Shown: positions 1 through 12,053, counted from the stretch's first letter. The stretch: 35,102 nt of DNA from Macrostomum lignano (GCA_002269645.1 NIVC01004781.1:1-35102); one strand, 5' to 3'. Translations and numbers: made by a program. The notes: generated by a model not told the origin, from the letters alone.

Positions 1-66
1 CAGTTTAAAGTTTTTTGTCAGCAGTCCGACTGAGCCCTCTTGATGCAGAAACCGATGGCTGCTGGC
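1..66 (-). CDS. ARHGAP19: Probable next exon of the ARHGAP19-like gene (runs off window; apparent stop at 7..5)
   Basis: Acceptor gtgatAG at 68-67 is phase-compatible with the preceding exon and reads GQQPSVSASRGLSRTADKK. An in-frame TAA follows an A6 run; one extra A would give DKKTLN and stay open. Confidence 0.4.
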
Positions 67-89
67 CTATCACAGTATGGGGAATTGGA

Positions 90-600
90 GCTCAACTCCA
101 TTGACTGTCCCTCTCCTCTCTATCCCTCTTCCTCTCCCTCTCTCTCTCCCTCTCCCTCTCCTCTCACTCTCTCTTCTCCCTCTCCATTTCCTACCCTCTC
201 CTCTCTTTCTAACTCCACTACCCTCTCTCTTTCCCCCCTCTTCGCCTCTCTCTCCTTCCTCTCACTCTCCCCCTCTCTCCCTCTCTCCCTCTCACTCTCC
301 CTCTCCTTCTACCTCTACTACCTTCTATCACTCATCTTCTTCTCTCCCTCTCCCTCTTCGAGTTCCACTCTACTCTACCTCTCACTCACTACCTCTCTAC
401 CTCTCACTCTCCCTCCCCTTCTACCTCTACTACCTTCTATCACTCATCTTCTTCTCTCCCCTCTCCCTCTTCGAGTTCCACTCTACTCTACCTCTCACTC
501 ACTCCCTCTCTACCTCTCACTCTCCCTCCCTTCTACCTCTACTACCATCTATCACTCTCCTCTCTCTCTCTGCCCCTCTCTCCCCCTCTCCTTCTCTGTC
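90..600. repeat. CT-rich low-complexity intronic repeat with ~113 bp internal duplication
   Basis: Pyrimidine tracts; block containing CGAGTTCCAC at 359 and 472. Confidence 0.9.
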
Positions 601-632
601 TCGCACAGCCAAAAGCCACCATCGAGACTCAC

Positions 633-866
633 CCGCAATGGCCACGAGGATTTCCAGCTGACTGGACTCGGCTATTAACGGCTCGTCCAGACTCCTCAAT
701 ACGTGCTTCATCACACTGGCCACGTCGTGAACAGTGAAGGCGCTGAGCTGCTGGTGCTCAGCTGAGCCGGCACCGGCGGGCCACCTGCTGTTCGTCAGAG
801 ACTGCAGCAGCTCTTTCTGACGGCCGCAGCTGCCGGTCTTGCGAAAAATTCCCTCAGTTTTGTAGC
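633..866 (-). CDS. ARHGAP19: RhoGAP domain exon (ARHGAP19-like exon 4)
   Basis: aacAG acceptor, GTGAGT donor at 632. Reads (R)YKTEGIFRKTGSCGRQKELLQSL...AFTVHDVASVMKHVLRSLDEPL, containing the RhoGAP arginine-finger (GIFR) and DVAS.LK..L..L.EPL motifs. Confidence 0.92.
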
Positions 867-1959
867 CTGTTTTGTTAAAAAGGAACGAAAAATGCCAGTT
901 GAACTACTAGTAAACAGTAGCCAGAAAAATGCAGTTTCCCTACAGCAAACTAATTGGCGCCACTTTGCCAACTTCAGTTAGAAATTGGTGGCCGATTTCA
1001 CCAGCTTAGTTGAAATCATAATGCAATTTTTCCTGCTCGTGGGGGGTCGCATCTCCGGCACTCCCCCCCCCGCGGAGGTCTTAGTTCTCTCGGTGCGCAA
1101 TCAAGCGATGACGTCATCTAGACCCGACAGACCAATTTGTGCCATGACTATCTACTATACTTGTAGGTATGGGAAAGAACAAAAGCTGTGCAAGCAGTGT
1201 TGGCAGGGCATTCATTCATCAACGGCCGCTGTTTGTTTCAAACAGAATGGATAGAGGAGAAAGTTATAGGCAGCAATTCTAGACAATCCTTCATTCTACA
1301 GGTGTGTCACTCACAGGTGCGTCTCTGCAGCCAACCGAAATTAAAGGGTAAAAAATTGCCTGTGGGTTTTTTATTTTTTTCCAAGAAAGCGAGATTTCTG
1401 TCAGACAATGCAACGCTAACGCTATGGCCCACCCTGTCTTTACCTTGAGGGTTTCAAAAAGGGCTCGTCCGAATCAGCTTTTAAAACCTTCTCAGACGAC
1501 AAAGACTAAAACATCCTGAGGCGGTTTTGCTTAGCTAATCTCTAGTCTTTGTTTCAGTTTAGACGCATCGACGCTATTACTATAATACTATATGGCGGCT
1601 TACCGCAGTGAGTCTTTGTTTGATGGGGCAGGGGCAGCCACGCCCCAATGCGATTAATCATTGCTGCTCAAGACCGGGTCACACGCGGGGGGTGGGGTTG
1701 AGGACTCACTCTACCAGGTCCCCTCCGAGCCAATTTGCTCTGAAATTAACTCCTGTTTAATCCACTCTTCATTTGGCAGCTTTGCAATTAGTAGAGCTAT
1801 TATTACGAGTATTCGTTTAAATGGTAAACGGTCAGGTTTAAAATTAATTGGGGCTTCTTTTAACAGGTTCATTGATTCCTTTCTGTTTTATTTACTCAAC
1901 TTCCTCAGCTGTCTCTTCTTCTTGCGCCTACTAGACACTTTCCTGTACTCTTCAGTTTT

Positions 1960-2630
1960 ATTCTCTCACTCTCACTCTCCCTCTCACTCTCACTCTCCCT
2001 CTCACTCTCCCTCTCACTCTCCCTCTCACTCTCACTCTCACTCTCACTCTCCTCTCACTCTCCCTCTCACTCCGCCTTAACTCCCTCTCACTCCCTCTCA
2101 CTCCCTCTCACTCTTTCTCTCTCTCTCACACACTCTCACTCACTCTCCTCTCACTCTCACTCTCCCTCTCACTCTCACTCTCCCTCTCACTCTCACTCTC
2201 CCTCTCACTCTCACTCTCCCTCTCACTCTCACTCTCCCTCTCACTCTCACTCCCCCTCTCACTCTCACTCTCCTCTCACTCTCACTCTCCCTCTCACTCT
2301 CACTCTCCCTCTCACTCTCCCTCTCACTCTCACTCTCCCTCTCACTCTCCCTCTCACTCTCACTCCCCCTCTCCCTCTTACTCTCCCTCTCACTTTCACT
2401 CTCCCTCTCACTCTCCCTCTCACTCTCACTCTCACTCTCCCTCTCACTCTCTCTCACACACTCTCTCACTCACTCTCCCTCTCACTCTCACTCTCCCTCT
2501 CACTCTCACTCTCACTCTCCCTCTCTCTCACTCTCTCTCTTTCTCAATCTCACTCTCACTCTCCCTCTCTCTCCCCCTCCACCTCTCCCTCTCCCTCTAC
2601 CTCTCCCTCTCTCTCTCTCTCTCTCTCTCA
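1960..2630. repeat. (CTCACT/CTCCCT)n hexamer simple repeat, intronic
   Basis: Directly visible hexamer array. Confidence 0.95.
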
Positions 2631-2660
2631 AACCCCAGCACCCAGGCCCCAGGTACTCAC

Positions 2661-2789
2661 GGTCGGACTCCAGCAGGTAGTCAATCAGCCGCAGCAGCAG
2701 TCTCCGCTGCCTCTCAGCTGGAGTCGCAGCCTCTAGACCAGCAGTCTCTGCGGCAGTACTGACAACAGCCTTTCTGCGCGACATCACGG
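2661..2789 (-). CDS. ARHGAP19: ARHGAP19-like exon 3
   Basis: tttgcAG acceptor, GTGAGT donor at 2660, phase 1 at both ends. Reads VMSRRKAVVST...RLLLRLIDYLLESD and joins exon 4 as ESDRYKTEGIFRK. Confidence 0.88.
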
Positions 2790-3397
2790 CTGCAAACAGA
2801 AGATGAAGCGAATGGGTGTTCAATTGATAAAAAATCATTAAATCGAGCCCGGCAACTGAACATGAAACCCCATGAGTTCGGGTCTATATACTTGAGAACG
2901 CGCTGTGATTCATTTTTTTCGTTCCATTTTCTACTCTCATTTCAACGGATACGAAGCTGACTTGATGACGCAAACCGAGAGAGAAAAAAATCGATTAAAT
3001 TTTAAATTATAGTCGCGACAAGAAGAAGGTTTTTATTAAAGTCTAAGTAGAGAGAAAGTCCGGCCAAGGTGGGAGAATCTTGTCTCACTTAAGCCTCGCC
3101 ATTCTAATATTAAAGCACTAGATGCATACTGAAGTGCCCGCTTCGCCGATTGTATCAAAGCCTGTAATTTTTGGATTCGGCTCTGACCTCGAGAAATTTG
3201 ACTGCCTAGCAACTAATCCAGGGAAGTCCCCGGCAATTTTTTCGGTTGTACAGTTTAACTGTCTTATCGACTTTCCAATTGGTTTGGCTTATACTAAGGA
3301 TTAAGGATTAACAGAATGTCGCTAACTGTGTTCCAGGGGTCATCGACCTCCCTTATCCTTCTATAGCAGAGGTCATTGACCCTCGCCAGCAACTCAC

Positions 3398-3730
3398 AGT
3401 TCCTGATGGGCCCGATGACCAGGCGCGGCAGGTGCAGTCGCCGACTTCGCTGCCGGGCGACGCTAATCTGCATCGCCCCCGTCTGGAGCCGCAGGCGGAG
3501 GCTGCACTACTCGTCGACTCTGCCGGCGCCTCGAAGTGCGGCATCTCCACCAGGAAGGCCAGGTGCAGCCGGACCAGCTCGGCAAACTTGGCTGGATGCT
3601 GACAGCGAAACTGACCGGCCAAATCCGCCAGCTGACGGTCTCTGGCGCCAGGGACGGCGCCTGGGTCCAGCGCGTTTGTCAGGCGCCCACAGTAGTCCAT
3701 GACACCGAGCTCGTCAGCTGCAGCTGTGGG
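3398..3730 (-). CDS. ARHGAP19: ARHGAP19-like exon 2 (one base short for frame continuity)
   Basis: Phase-0 ttgcAG acceptor, GTGAGT donor at 3397. LAGQFRCQHPAKFAELVRLHLAFLVEMP resembles the ARHGAP19 N-terminal segment (recalled as KLRHEKPEIFTELV...LIDLP). Confidence 0.78.
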
Positions 3731-3810
3731 CTGCAAATGCCGAGTGTGTTGGGGGGACATCAAGGGTGTGCTTTTAATACTTCTGGGATCGTTCTTAATA
3801 TCTTATTCTG

Positions 3811-4040
3811 ATGGGATCTTGACCCACTAGGATTGGGATCTTGACCCTCTTTGATTGGAATCTTGACCCACTAGGATTGGGATTTTGACCCACTAGGATT
3901 GGGATTTTGACCTACTAGGATTGGGATCTTGACCCACTAGGATTGGGATCTTGACTCACTTTGATTGGGATCTTGACCTACTAGGATTGGGATCTTGACC
4001 CACTAGGATTGGGATCTTGACATACTAGAATCGGGATTTT
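3811..4040. repeat. 22-bp minisatellite GGGATCTTGACCCACTAGGATT, ~10 copies, intron 1
   Basis: Tandem copies visible. Confidence 0.95.
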
Positions 4041-4885
4041 TATTTGACTCATTGAGTCCATTTTTCAAGACCTGCAAATAGAACGGAGCCTCTTGAACCT
4101 CGTGAATATAAAAGGCCTACCCGTGAAAGCCTACAATATTCTTAATGTTGGCCTATCCATTTTGTTTACACTTTTACAGCTCTTTTAATGTCTTTTAATA
4201 GAGTCTTGCTAATTTCCTAATGATATTTCAAGTCTACTAGAGATCTCGCTTGAAGTGGAGCTCAAAGACCAGTTAGAGTTGACTATCTTCTTTTATACTA
4301 TATTTAACTTTTCACTTTTACGTTCTAACCACACTAATAGTTTAGGTGCTAAAAGCCGCCGAAAGTTGAAGTTAAAATTGGCCCGAAATTCTGGAGTTCA
4401 ACTCCCATTCAAGCGATGAGTTCGTCTTTGTCCCGGCAGCAGACCGAGGGGCATGGGTTTTCGGGAGGGGCGCTGGGCTTAAAAAGGCTTTGAAATTTAT
4501 TGACAACAGATGAGATGGGAACCAGGCATTCGTCCGGGGGGGATTGCGCTAGATTCTGAAGTGGACTGCCTGTTGTCTAAGAACAAAGACTACATATTGG
4601 CGCGGCGCTATATGCAGAGGCTTAGTACAAAGACTATAGCGCAATGCCGAGGACAGGAAGATGTTTTTCTGCTGATAACGGCTGGTCCTTATGCGGAGCT
4701 GCAGCAACCCAGCAGCTGTCTGTCTTTCATCAAAGTCAGCGAATCCTCTGCCCCCCTGCCGGGGGAGGGGTTTCCTGTCCGCCTGTCTGTCTTTTAGAAG
4801 ATTCGTGTTCCCCACCCTTACCACCTACATGCATCTATCATATATATCCATAGGTTTTTATTACCCAGCAGCCATTGTCACTTAC

Positions 4886-4969
4886 CGGTATCAGCTGATT
4901 AAGTGGGCCCAGCTGCTGCCGCTGCTGCTGCTGCTGCCGCGAACCCAGGTCTTTCGCAGCAATTGTCAT
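4886..4969 (-). CDS. ARHGAP19: ARHGAP19-like exon 1 (MTIAAKDLGSRQQQQQRQQLGPLNQLIP)
   Basis: ATG at 4969, GTAAGT donor at 4885 in phase 0 matching the exon 2 acceptor. Confidence 0.72.
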
Positions 4970-5003
4970 TTCAAGTTGGACTTTCTGCCGAATCGACCGA
5001 ATC

Positions 5004-5035
<32 letters not shown>

Positions 5036-5048
5036 GACTGTCTGACTG
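5004..5048. repeat. (TCTG)n microsatellite in the putative 5' UTR/TSS region
   Basis: Visible tetranucleotide repeat. Confidence 0.9.
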
Positions 5049-5070
5049 TCGATTTTCGGACCGAAATAAC

Positions 5071-5175
5071 CCTTTATAAATGCCTGGCCTGTTGGGTGGG
5101 CCCCCACCCAATCTCGTCTATTTTTAGCTATTCTGCTATTGGTTGAATTGGAACCCCGAGCTGAGCTCTCATTGG
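5071..5175 (-). promoter_or_regulatory. Putative ARHGAP19 promoter: TATA-like element plus four CCAAT boxes
   Basis: TATAAAG on the minus strand in 5071-5080, ~105 nt upstream of the ATG. CCAAT at 5108; ATTGG at 5138, 5147 and 5171. Confidence 0.5.
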
Positions 5176-5394
5176 CTGAGGGGTGATGCTAGCTGTGCTA
5201 GCAATTTAGAACTGCCTTCGCATCTATTTTTACTGTACTAAATTTACTACAATCACACTGATGTCTGTTAGATTATCATTAGACATTAAATTAGATTAGA
5301 AATAAAAAACGATGAGATCAGAGCGAGAGAGAAAGCTTCTTTGATAGCAAAATCATTTCGTAAATTATGGCAGTGAAATTAGAGAGAATTCGGG

Positions 5395-5870
5395 AATGAG
5401 ATTAGAGATAAGTTAGGAGAGATATTGGAAAGAATATAAGAGTGAGATTAGAGAGATATCGGGAGTGAGATTAGAGAGATATCGGGAGTGGGATTAAAGA
5501 GATATCGGGAGTGAGATTAGAGAGATATCGGGAGTGAGATTAGAGAGATATCGGGAGTGAGATTAGAGAGATATCGGGAGTGAGATTAGAGAGATATCGG
5601 GAGTGAGATTAGAGAGATATCGGGAGTGAGATTAAAGAGATATCGGGAGTGAGATTAGAGAGATATCGGGAGTGAGATTAGAGCGAATTTAGGAGTGAGA
5701 TTAGAGAGAATCTCGGATTGAGATTAGAGAGAAGCTCGGAGTGAGATTAGAGAGAATCTAGCAGTGAGATTAGAGCGAATTTAGGGGTGAGATTAGAGAG
5801 AATCTCGAAGTGAGATTAGAGAGATATCGGGAATGAGATTAGAGAGAATTCGAGAGTGAGATAAGAGAGA
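5395..5870. repeat. 23-bp minisatellite GGGAGTGAGATTAGAGAGATATC
   Basis: Homogeneous core 5460-5680 with degenerate edges. Confidence 0.95.
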
Positions 5871-6897
5871 AACTAAGAGGAGAAGTTGGAGAAGAATGGG
5901 TTAAGATTAGAAATACTATGGCAGAAATGAGAAATCTCTAGGTGAGATTAGCGAACACATATGATTAGTCTATAAATTAGGGCCACAGCCCAGACCAAGT
6001 GCTCATAATTATATTTCACTTAGCAACGCAAAACGGACTCTTAATTACAGACGCACATGTCATTAAGGTCCGAATCAGCCGTAATGATTGGCAGTATATT
6101 AAACATCCATTGGTGATTAGAGCACAGACCAGACACACATTAATGATGCTCATTTCTCAATACAGCTCACCGATGGCAACAGTGTAAGGCCATGAAGTCT
6201 ATGCCAGTATACCTGCATGCTTGTGGGAGCCACCATAGAATTATTAATTAACTAATAATTATAGTAACAAGATGCACAAGTTGGAGAGCCGCCCTGTGCA
6301 CGCCTCAATGACAACTTCAATATGCTGGTATGAAAGCAGAGGCACAGAGAGGAATACACAGTGTATTATACGAGTTAATGGCCATTATTAGCCATAGAAA
6401 CAAGATGAAAGATCATACAGATCTGTAATTTCAAACAGTGGTCAGTTTTTAGCAGTCATACAATGGCGTGTTTTATGTCACATTTTCTGTGCCTGGGGTA
6501 GGTCGAGGCACAAATGATGAAGATGTGGTGTCCAGTTATAGTTGCCATGGTCCGGAAGATACAGATTTATATCTTTAAGCCACAGCCTCTCCTTTAAGTG
6601 TGCGATCCGAGATCTGATTCTGCTGTGATGACGTCATCACTTTTTAAAAACAAAAATTAGCAGCTGATACGGTTTATGCCTGATCTGTAATCAAATTAAT
6701 TAAAAACACAGTGTCTGCCAAAATGCCTGCTGAAACGCATCCAAAAAAACTCTAGCAGCTGTGAATTAAATCAATTCACCAATGTGCTTATCATGCTGGA
6801 TTGAGCAAATACAACGCTTGACTGCTTGGAAAATAGTCTAGCCTACGATGAAGGTGAAGTTTAAAATTGGGGAAACTGAAGGCGAAATTGACGCGAA

Positions 6898-6942
<45 letters not shown>
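6898..6942. repeat. (GA)n microsatellite
   Basis: Perfect dinucleotide run. Confidence 0.98.
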
Positions 6943-6944
<2 letters not shown>

Positions 6945-7059
6945 CTGCGAGGGTTTTAAGAGGTGCGTGCATAGCATAGCCTCAGGTAAATTGTGGAATA
7001 CGATGTTCAAAAATCAAAATTGAATACAGGGAACTTTTGTGAGGGGACTTAAGAGGGAT

Positions 7060-7645
7060 TTAAGAAAGGGAAGGAGAGGGAGAGGAAGAGGGAATAGGGA
7101 AGAGAGAGAGGCGGAGAGGAAGAGGAGAAAGAGATGGATAGGGGAAAGAGATGGAGACAAAGAGAGGGAGAGGGGAAAGAGAGGGAGACAAAGAGAGGGA
7201 GAGGGGAAAGAGAGGGAGAGGGGAAAGAGAGGGAGACAAAGAGAGGGAGAGGGGAAAGAGAGGGAGAGGAGAAAGAGAGGGAGAGGGGAAAGAGAGGGAG
7301 AGGGGAAAGAGAGGGAGAGGAGAAAGAGAGGGAGAGGGGAAAGAGAGGGAGAGGAGAAAGAGAGGGAGAGGAGAAAGAGAGGGAGAGGAGAAAGAGAGGG
7401 AGAGGAGAAAGAGAGGGAGAGGGGAAAGAGAGGGAGAGGGGAAAGAGAGGGAGAGGGGAAAGAGAGGGAGAGGAGAAAGAGAGGGAGAGGGGAAAGAGAG
7501 GGAGAGGAGAAAGAGAGGGAGAGGAGAAAGAGAGGGAGAGGGGAAAGAGAGGGAGAGGAGAAAGAGAGGGAGAGGGGAAAGAGAGGGAGAGGGGAAAGAG
7601 AGGGAGAGGAGAAAGAGAGGGAGAGGGGAAAGAGAGGGAGAGAGT
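7060..7645. repeat. Polypurine 17-bp minisatellite GAGAGGGAGAGG(G/A)GAAA
   Basis: Tandem purine-only units. Confidence 0.95.
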
Positions 7646-8157
7646 GACCAGGGATTTGTTTGCACAGGATATTATCAAAAGTGAATGTTTACCAAAAGCA
7701 CAGTAAGCAGAATGCTATGAAGACTGAGGCTCTACAGACAGAGAAAACGGACCCTCCACAGGTCAATCAATCTGATCGCTCATATCAGTGAGAATCCCAA
7801 TTCAACAATACAGATCTGACAGGACTACTCCGTTTGATGCACCACCTGTATTAGATTTCAAGCAATAAGCAAACCTAATATGTGACGACAACCTGTTATC
7901 CTTGCACGCCAGCTAGAGCCTATATGAAGTAATGTAAATGCCCGCGAGGTCTGAGGGCAAACATCATCGCAAATTTCATGGGTCAGTGCAGCGTGTTGGT
8001 CGAAGTATTATTAAAAGATCTTTGACTTGCCTCTGAACAAATTATAGACGATTAACTCACAGGTAACACACACCTTTTTTGGGGTTTTCGATGCAAAAAA
8101 GCAAGGTCTGATATGTCTGTGACAGCACACCCACGAGAGCCCTTGAGGGCTCATTTT

Positions 8158-8180
8158 ACACACACACACACACACACACC
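8158..8180. repeat. (CA)n microsatellite
   Basis: Visible dinucleotide run. Confidence 0.95.
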
Positions 8181-8499
8181 TCGAGTCTGCTTATACGTGG
8201 CAAATTAAAGGTAGAAAGCTGATTGCCTCATCTCATTCCTGTGCCAGATCGATTTGTACCCGGTAATCAGCTCAGAGGAAAAGATCTGGAATTAAAAAAA
8301 CCAAATCAAAAACCCATCAGGGCTGATGATATAACCATTCGATTGAGCAAGTTTAATATGAATGTTTTGTTATATTTTAGTCCTTCCTTGCTTAGCAGAT
8401 AAAACCATCAGCTTTTTGTGCTTGATAGAAGCTTCAGTTTTAAAAGAAAAATACCTGAGGTAGCTAAGATACGAGAGAGCTACTAGAGACTTCTGACCG

Positions 8500-9035
8500 A
8501 TCAATCCCTGAAGGACCAGAGGTAGGGTTAGCGATAATCCCTGACGGACCAAAAGTAGTGTAGGGTTAGCGATAATCCCTGAAGTACCAGAAGTAGGGTA
8601 GGGTTCGATAATCCCTGAAGGACCACAGGTAGTGTTAGCGGTAATCCCTGAAGGACCAGAGGTACAGGTATGGTTAGCGATAATCCCTGAAGGACTAAAG
8701 GTACAGGTAGGGTTAGCGATAATCCCTGAAGGACCACAGGTAGGGTTAGCGATAATCCATGAAGGACCACAGGTAGGGTTACCGATAATCCCTGAAGGAC
8801 CACAAGCAGGGTTAGCGATAATCCCTGAAGGACCACAGGTAGGGTTAGCGATAATCCCTGAAGGACCAGAGTTAGCGATAATCCATGAAGGACCACAGGT
8901 AGTGTTAGCGATAATCCCTGAAGGACCAGAGGTACAGGTAGGGTTAGCGATAATCCCTGAAGGACCAGAGGTACAGGTAGGGTTAGCGATAATCCCTGAA
9001 GGACCACAGGCAGGGTTAGCGATAATCCATGAAAG
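8500..9035. repeat. 33/39-bp minisatellite GGGTTAGCGATAATCCCTGAAGGACCACAGGTA
   Basis: Tandem units with 27, 33 and 39 nt variants. Confidence 0.95.
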
Positions 9036-9944
9036 ACCAGACAAAAATGATTGTCAAGGGTCCCAGAGTCTTAGCAGATTATAATCTACCTACATGTAAT
9101 ATTGGACACAGGCACTGAATTTTGCAATGTACAAAATTCGTTTAGTTATTCTCAGCAACATGGAAAAGTCGCCACTCTATGCGCCAGTGAGCAATTTCTC
9201 TTATTCTGAAATAAAAGATGCGAGAAAACTGATTGGGGTAGCTTTAATCCGTCCAACCCTCGCACACCGCTCCCCCACTCCATTCCTCAACTCAAGTCTG
9301 CCGTGGCGTAGCTAAATTGCGTCACTCGCAAAGATTGAGAGAGACTTTACCTGCACTCTCAAAAGTGGCGATCACAGGCGGAATATTCTGTGATGGCGAC
9401 TTTTCGATGTTGATGAGTATATGTAAGAATCACATGCATGTCCAATGGCAATTCCGATGACACCAACATTTCACAATAAGCCCCAAGGAAGGTGATTAGC
9501 ATTATAATTGAACATTATTTACCTGTAAGTCGTGAACTGAAAATGATTCATTAAACAACAACAGCTTGCAATATTGAAGCAACGCGCGGCGGCATCATCA
9601 AAGGATGATGATATAGATAATTACGCGCGCCGCGTGTTTGAAGTCATAAAACATTTTTCACCAGCATACAAATGTACAGAGAGACAATATTTAAAAGTAG
9701 CCCACAGCCACAATGTATAAGAATAGCGAGAATGTGAGATAATAAACAATTTACTGATAGGAATTATTGAATTGAATATGAAACCCCCAGTCACACCCAG
9801 CATGTCTTGTAAGACCGATTAGCGGGTTTACCATGTGAGCCACTGTATTCTATTCTCTATGATCACATCTGTGTATATGAATTTGCATTTTGTATCATAA
9901 TTTAACTCAGACCAACATCAGATCAACTATTATGGTTAGAATTA

Positions 9945-10345
9945 AGTCAGGGGCGCTGTACAACCCAAGTAAGCGTGTGTATGTTTAGTGTGTGCACCCT
10001 GGTGCACTTTAATAAGCGACATAACAAGTAACACAACCGGCGAGAGGCATTGCTGCCCATTCTGCCGACTCCCCTGAGCAGGCACACAAGCGCGCGGATA
10101 CGTACGCAGCCATACGCACAGGCACACACTCACACAGGAGTGTACAGCGGCCCTAACTTTTTTTATCGTTAGGCATGTACACCTCACTGTGCCTTGGAAG
10201 GTTGGCCCTCCAGGCCGCTAATTGCACGAGCAGAGCTGCAGCCGAGATTCCAATTCAGCCCCAAATTAATGTGACTGCACTTGGAATCGAGCCTGGGCCG
10301 CTGGCATATCAGAGCGCCGCGATAGACCATTATGCTCAGGACAGG
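9945..10345 (-). mobile_element. tRNA-derived SINE-like dispersed repeat, copy 1
   Basis: Minus-strand head AGCATAATGG...CGGCGCTCTGATATGCCAGCGGCCCAGGCTCGATTCC has A/B-box-like motifs and resembles tRNA-Glu. The body is shared with copies at 17.2 kb and 19.8 kb. Confidence 0.75.
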
Positions 10346-11274
10346 AGTCCGTGGAATGAGCAGAATTACCTCAGCGCTGGTTTTTTGACTTAATTAAAGC
10401 ATTTTACTGTTAAATATCCTCTCGACTTAATGCGTCGCCCTCTGGTCTACAACGTTAACTTCGAAAATTGTCGCAACTTGTTCAGAGAGTCCAGTTGCAA
10501 GAATTGGCATTTATGAAAGAAATGAGATTAACTGACGGGACATTTAATGGGCTTTTAATCCCCTTTTGATCATGGGAGGAGGCAAGGAGGCGGGATCCCT
10601 TTGAGTAGGGGGTGGGATTTTCACAGCGGGTTGGCTGGCAATGCCCTGTCTCATCTAATGAGCTCTAAGTGGAGTATTAATTAACTACATATATATAAGT
10701 ATCTCTCTAGAGGTTAGGCTCGTAATAGCGGACTTAACGGCCTTCCACTCCTATATGCTACGTGTAATCACCAAAGTTTAAGCGAGGTCAAGCGTGTACA
10801 AATGAATGTCAGACACACGCCTCATTAGATTCTCTACAGCGAATTGTCGACTCAAGAGTTCCCTCAATAGCTGGTCTCCATGCCGAACATTGAAACGGAC
10901 TCAAAGTTTCTCAAGCCTACTACTAAATCACAAGAAATGAGCAAAAAAGCTCAACAGGCCACTTACTTATGCTGTACAAAATCTTCAACCTAAATTTTAG
11001 TTACTAAGCAATTTACTAATAAATGCTCAATTAGATCATCTAAATAAAATAACAACTCAACGAGTTCAAATTAGGACAGTTAGGATTTGAAAATACTCTA
11101 CAGAGCAAAACAAATTCACTTTCAATTGAAATTCTATATTTTTAACTGATTGACACATATTATACATATAAATGCACTCTCAAGATGAAATACTAAGCTG
11201 TAAACAGGAGATCCGTTTATTACAATAATAACTCAGACATTAAGCAACCAATTAGAAAATCAACAAAAAGACAA

Positions 11275-12037
11275 ATCACCTGTATTTACAGACAGAAATC
11301 TGTATTTACAGACACAAACAGTCTGTATTTACAGACACAAACAGTCTGTATTTACAGAAACAAACAGCCTGTATTTACAGACACAAACAGTCTGTATTTA
11401 CAGAAACAAACAGCCTGTATTTACAGACACAAACAGCCTGTATTTACAGACACAAACAGCCTGTATTTACAGACACAAACAGCCTGTATTTACAGAAACA
11501 AACAGCCTGTATTTACAGACACAAACAGCTTGTATTTACAGACACAGACAGCCTGTATTTACAGACACAGCCTGTATTTACAGACACAAACAGCCCGTAT
11601 TTACAGACACAGACAGCCTGTATTTACAGACACAGACAGCCTGTATTTACAGACACAAACAGCCTGTATTTACAGACACAGACAGCTTGTATTTACAGAC
11701 ACAAACAGCCTGTATTTACAGACACAGACAGCCTGTATTTACAGACACAGACAGCCTGTATTTACAGACTCAAACAGCCTGTATTTACAGACACAGTCTG
11801 TATTTACAGACACAGTCTGTATTTACAGACACAGACAGCCTGTATTTACAGACACAAACAGTCTGTATTTACAGACACAAACAGCCTGTATTTACAGACA
11901 CAAACAGCCTGTATTTACAGACACAAACAGCCTGTATTTACAGACACAAACAGCCTGTATTTACAGACTCAAACAGCCTGTATTTACAGACTCAAACAGC
12001 CTGTATTTACAGACACAGACAGCCTGTATTTACAGAC
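11275..12037. repeat. 23-bp minisatellite TGTATTTACAGACACAAACAGCC directly 3' of the FAM20B stop
   Basis: About 30 tandem units. Confidence 0.97.
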
Positions 12038-12053
12038 CCCAATACCCACAGCG

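Noticed and set aside
40-678. Leu/Ser/Pro-rich plus-strand ORFs (also 1661-2469)
   Set aside because: Translations of CT-rich repeats inside introns of the minus-strand RhoGAP gene.
4510-4853. ORFs in RhoGAP intron 1 (KDYILARR faintly resembles a LINE endonuclease motif)
   Set aside because: A single short motif with no other retroelement features; spliced in as an exon in phase 0 it hits a stop.
7039-7706. R/E/G/K-rich ORFs in five frames
   Set aside because: A purine-only 17-bp repeat cannot contain stop codons; the unit is not a multiple of 3 and there is no splice support.
10280-10345. Possible tRNA gene
   Set aside because: No complete acceptor stem, an altered B box, and it is part of a repeated ~380 bp element, so it was called a SINE head.
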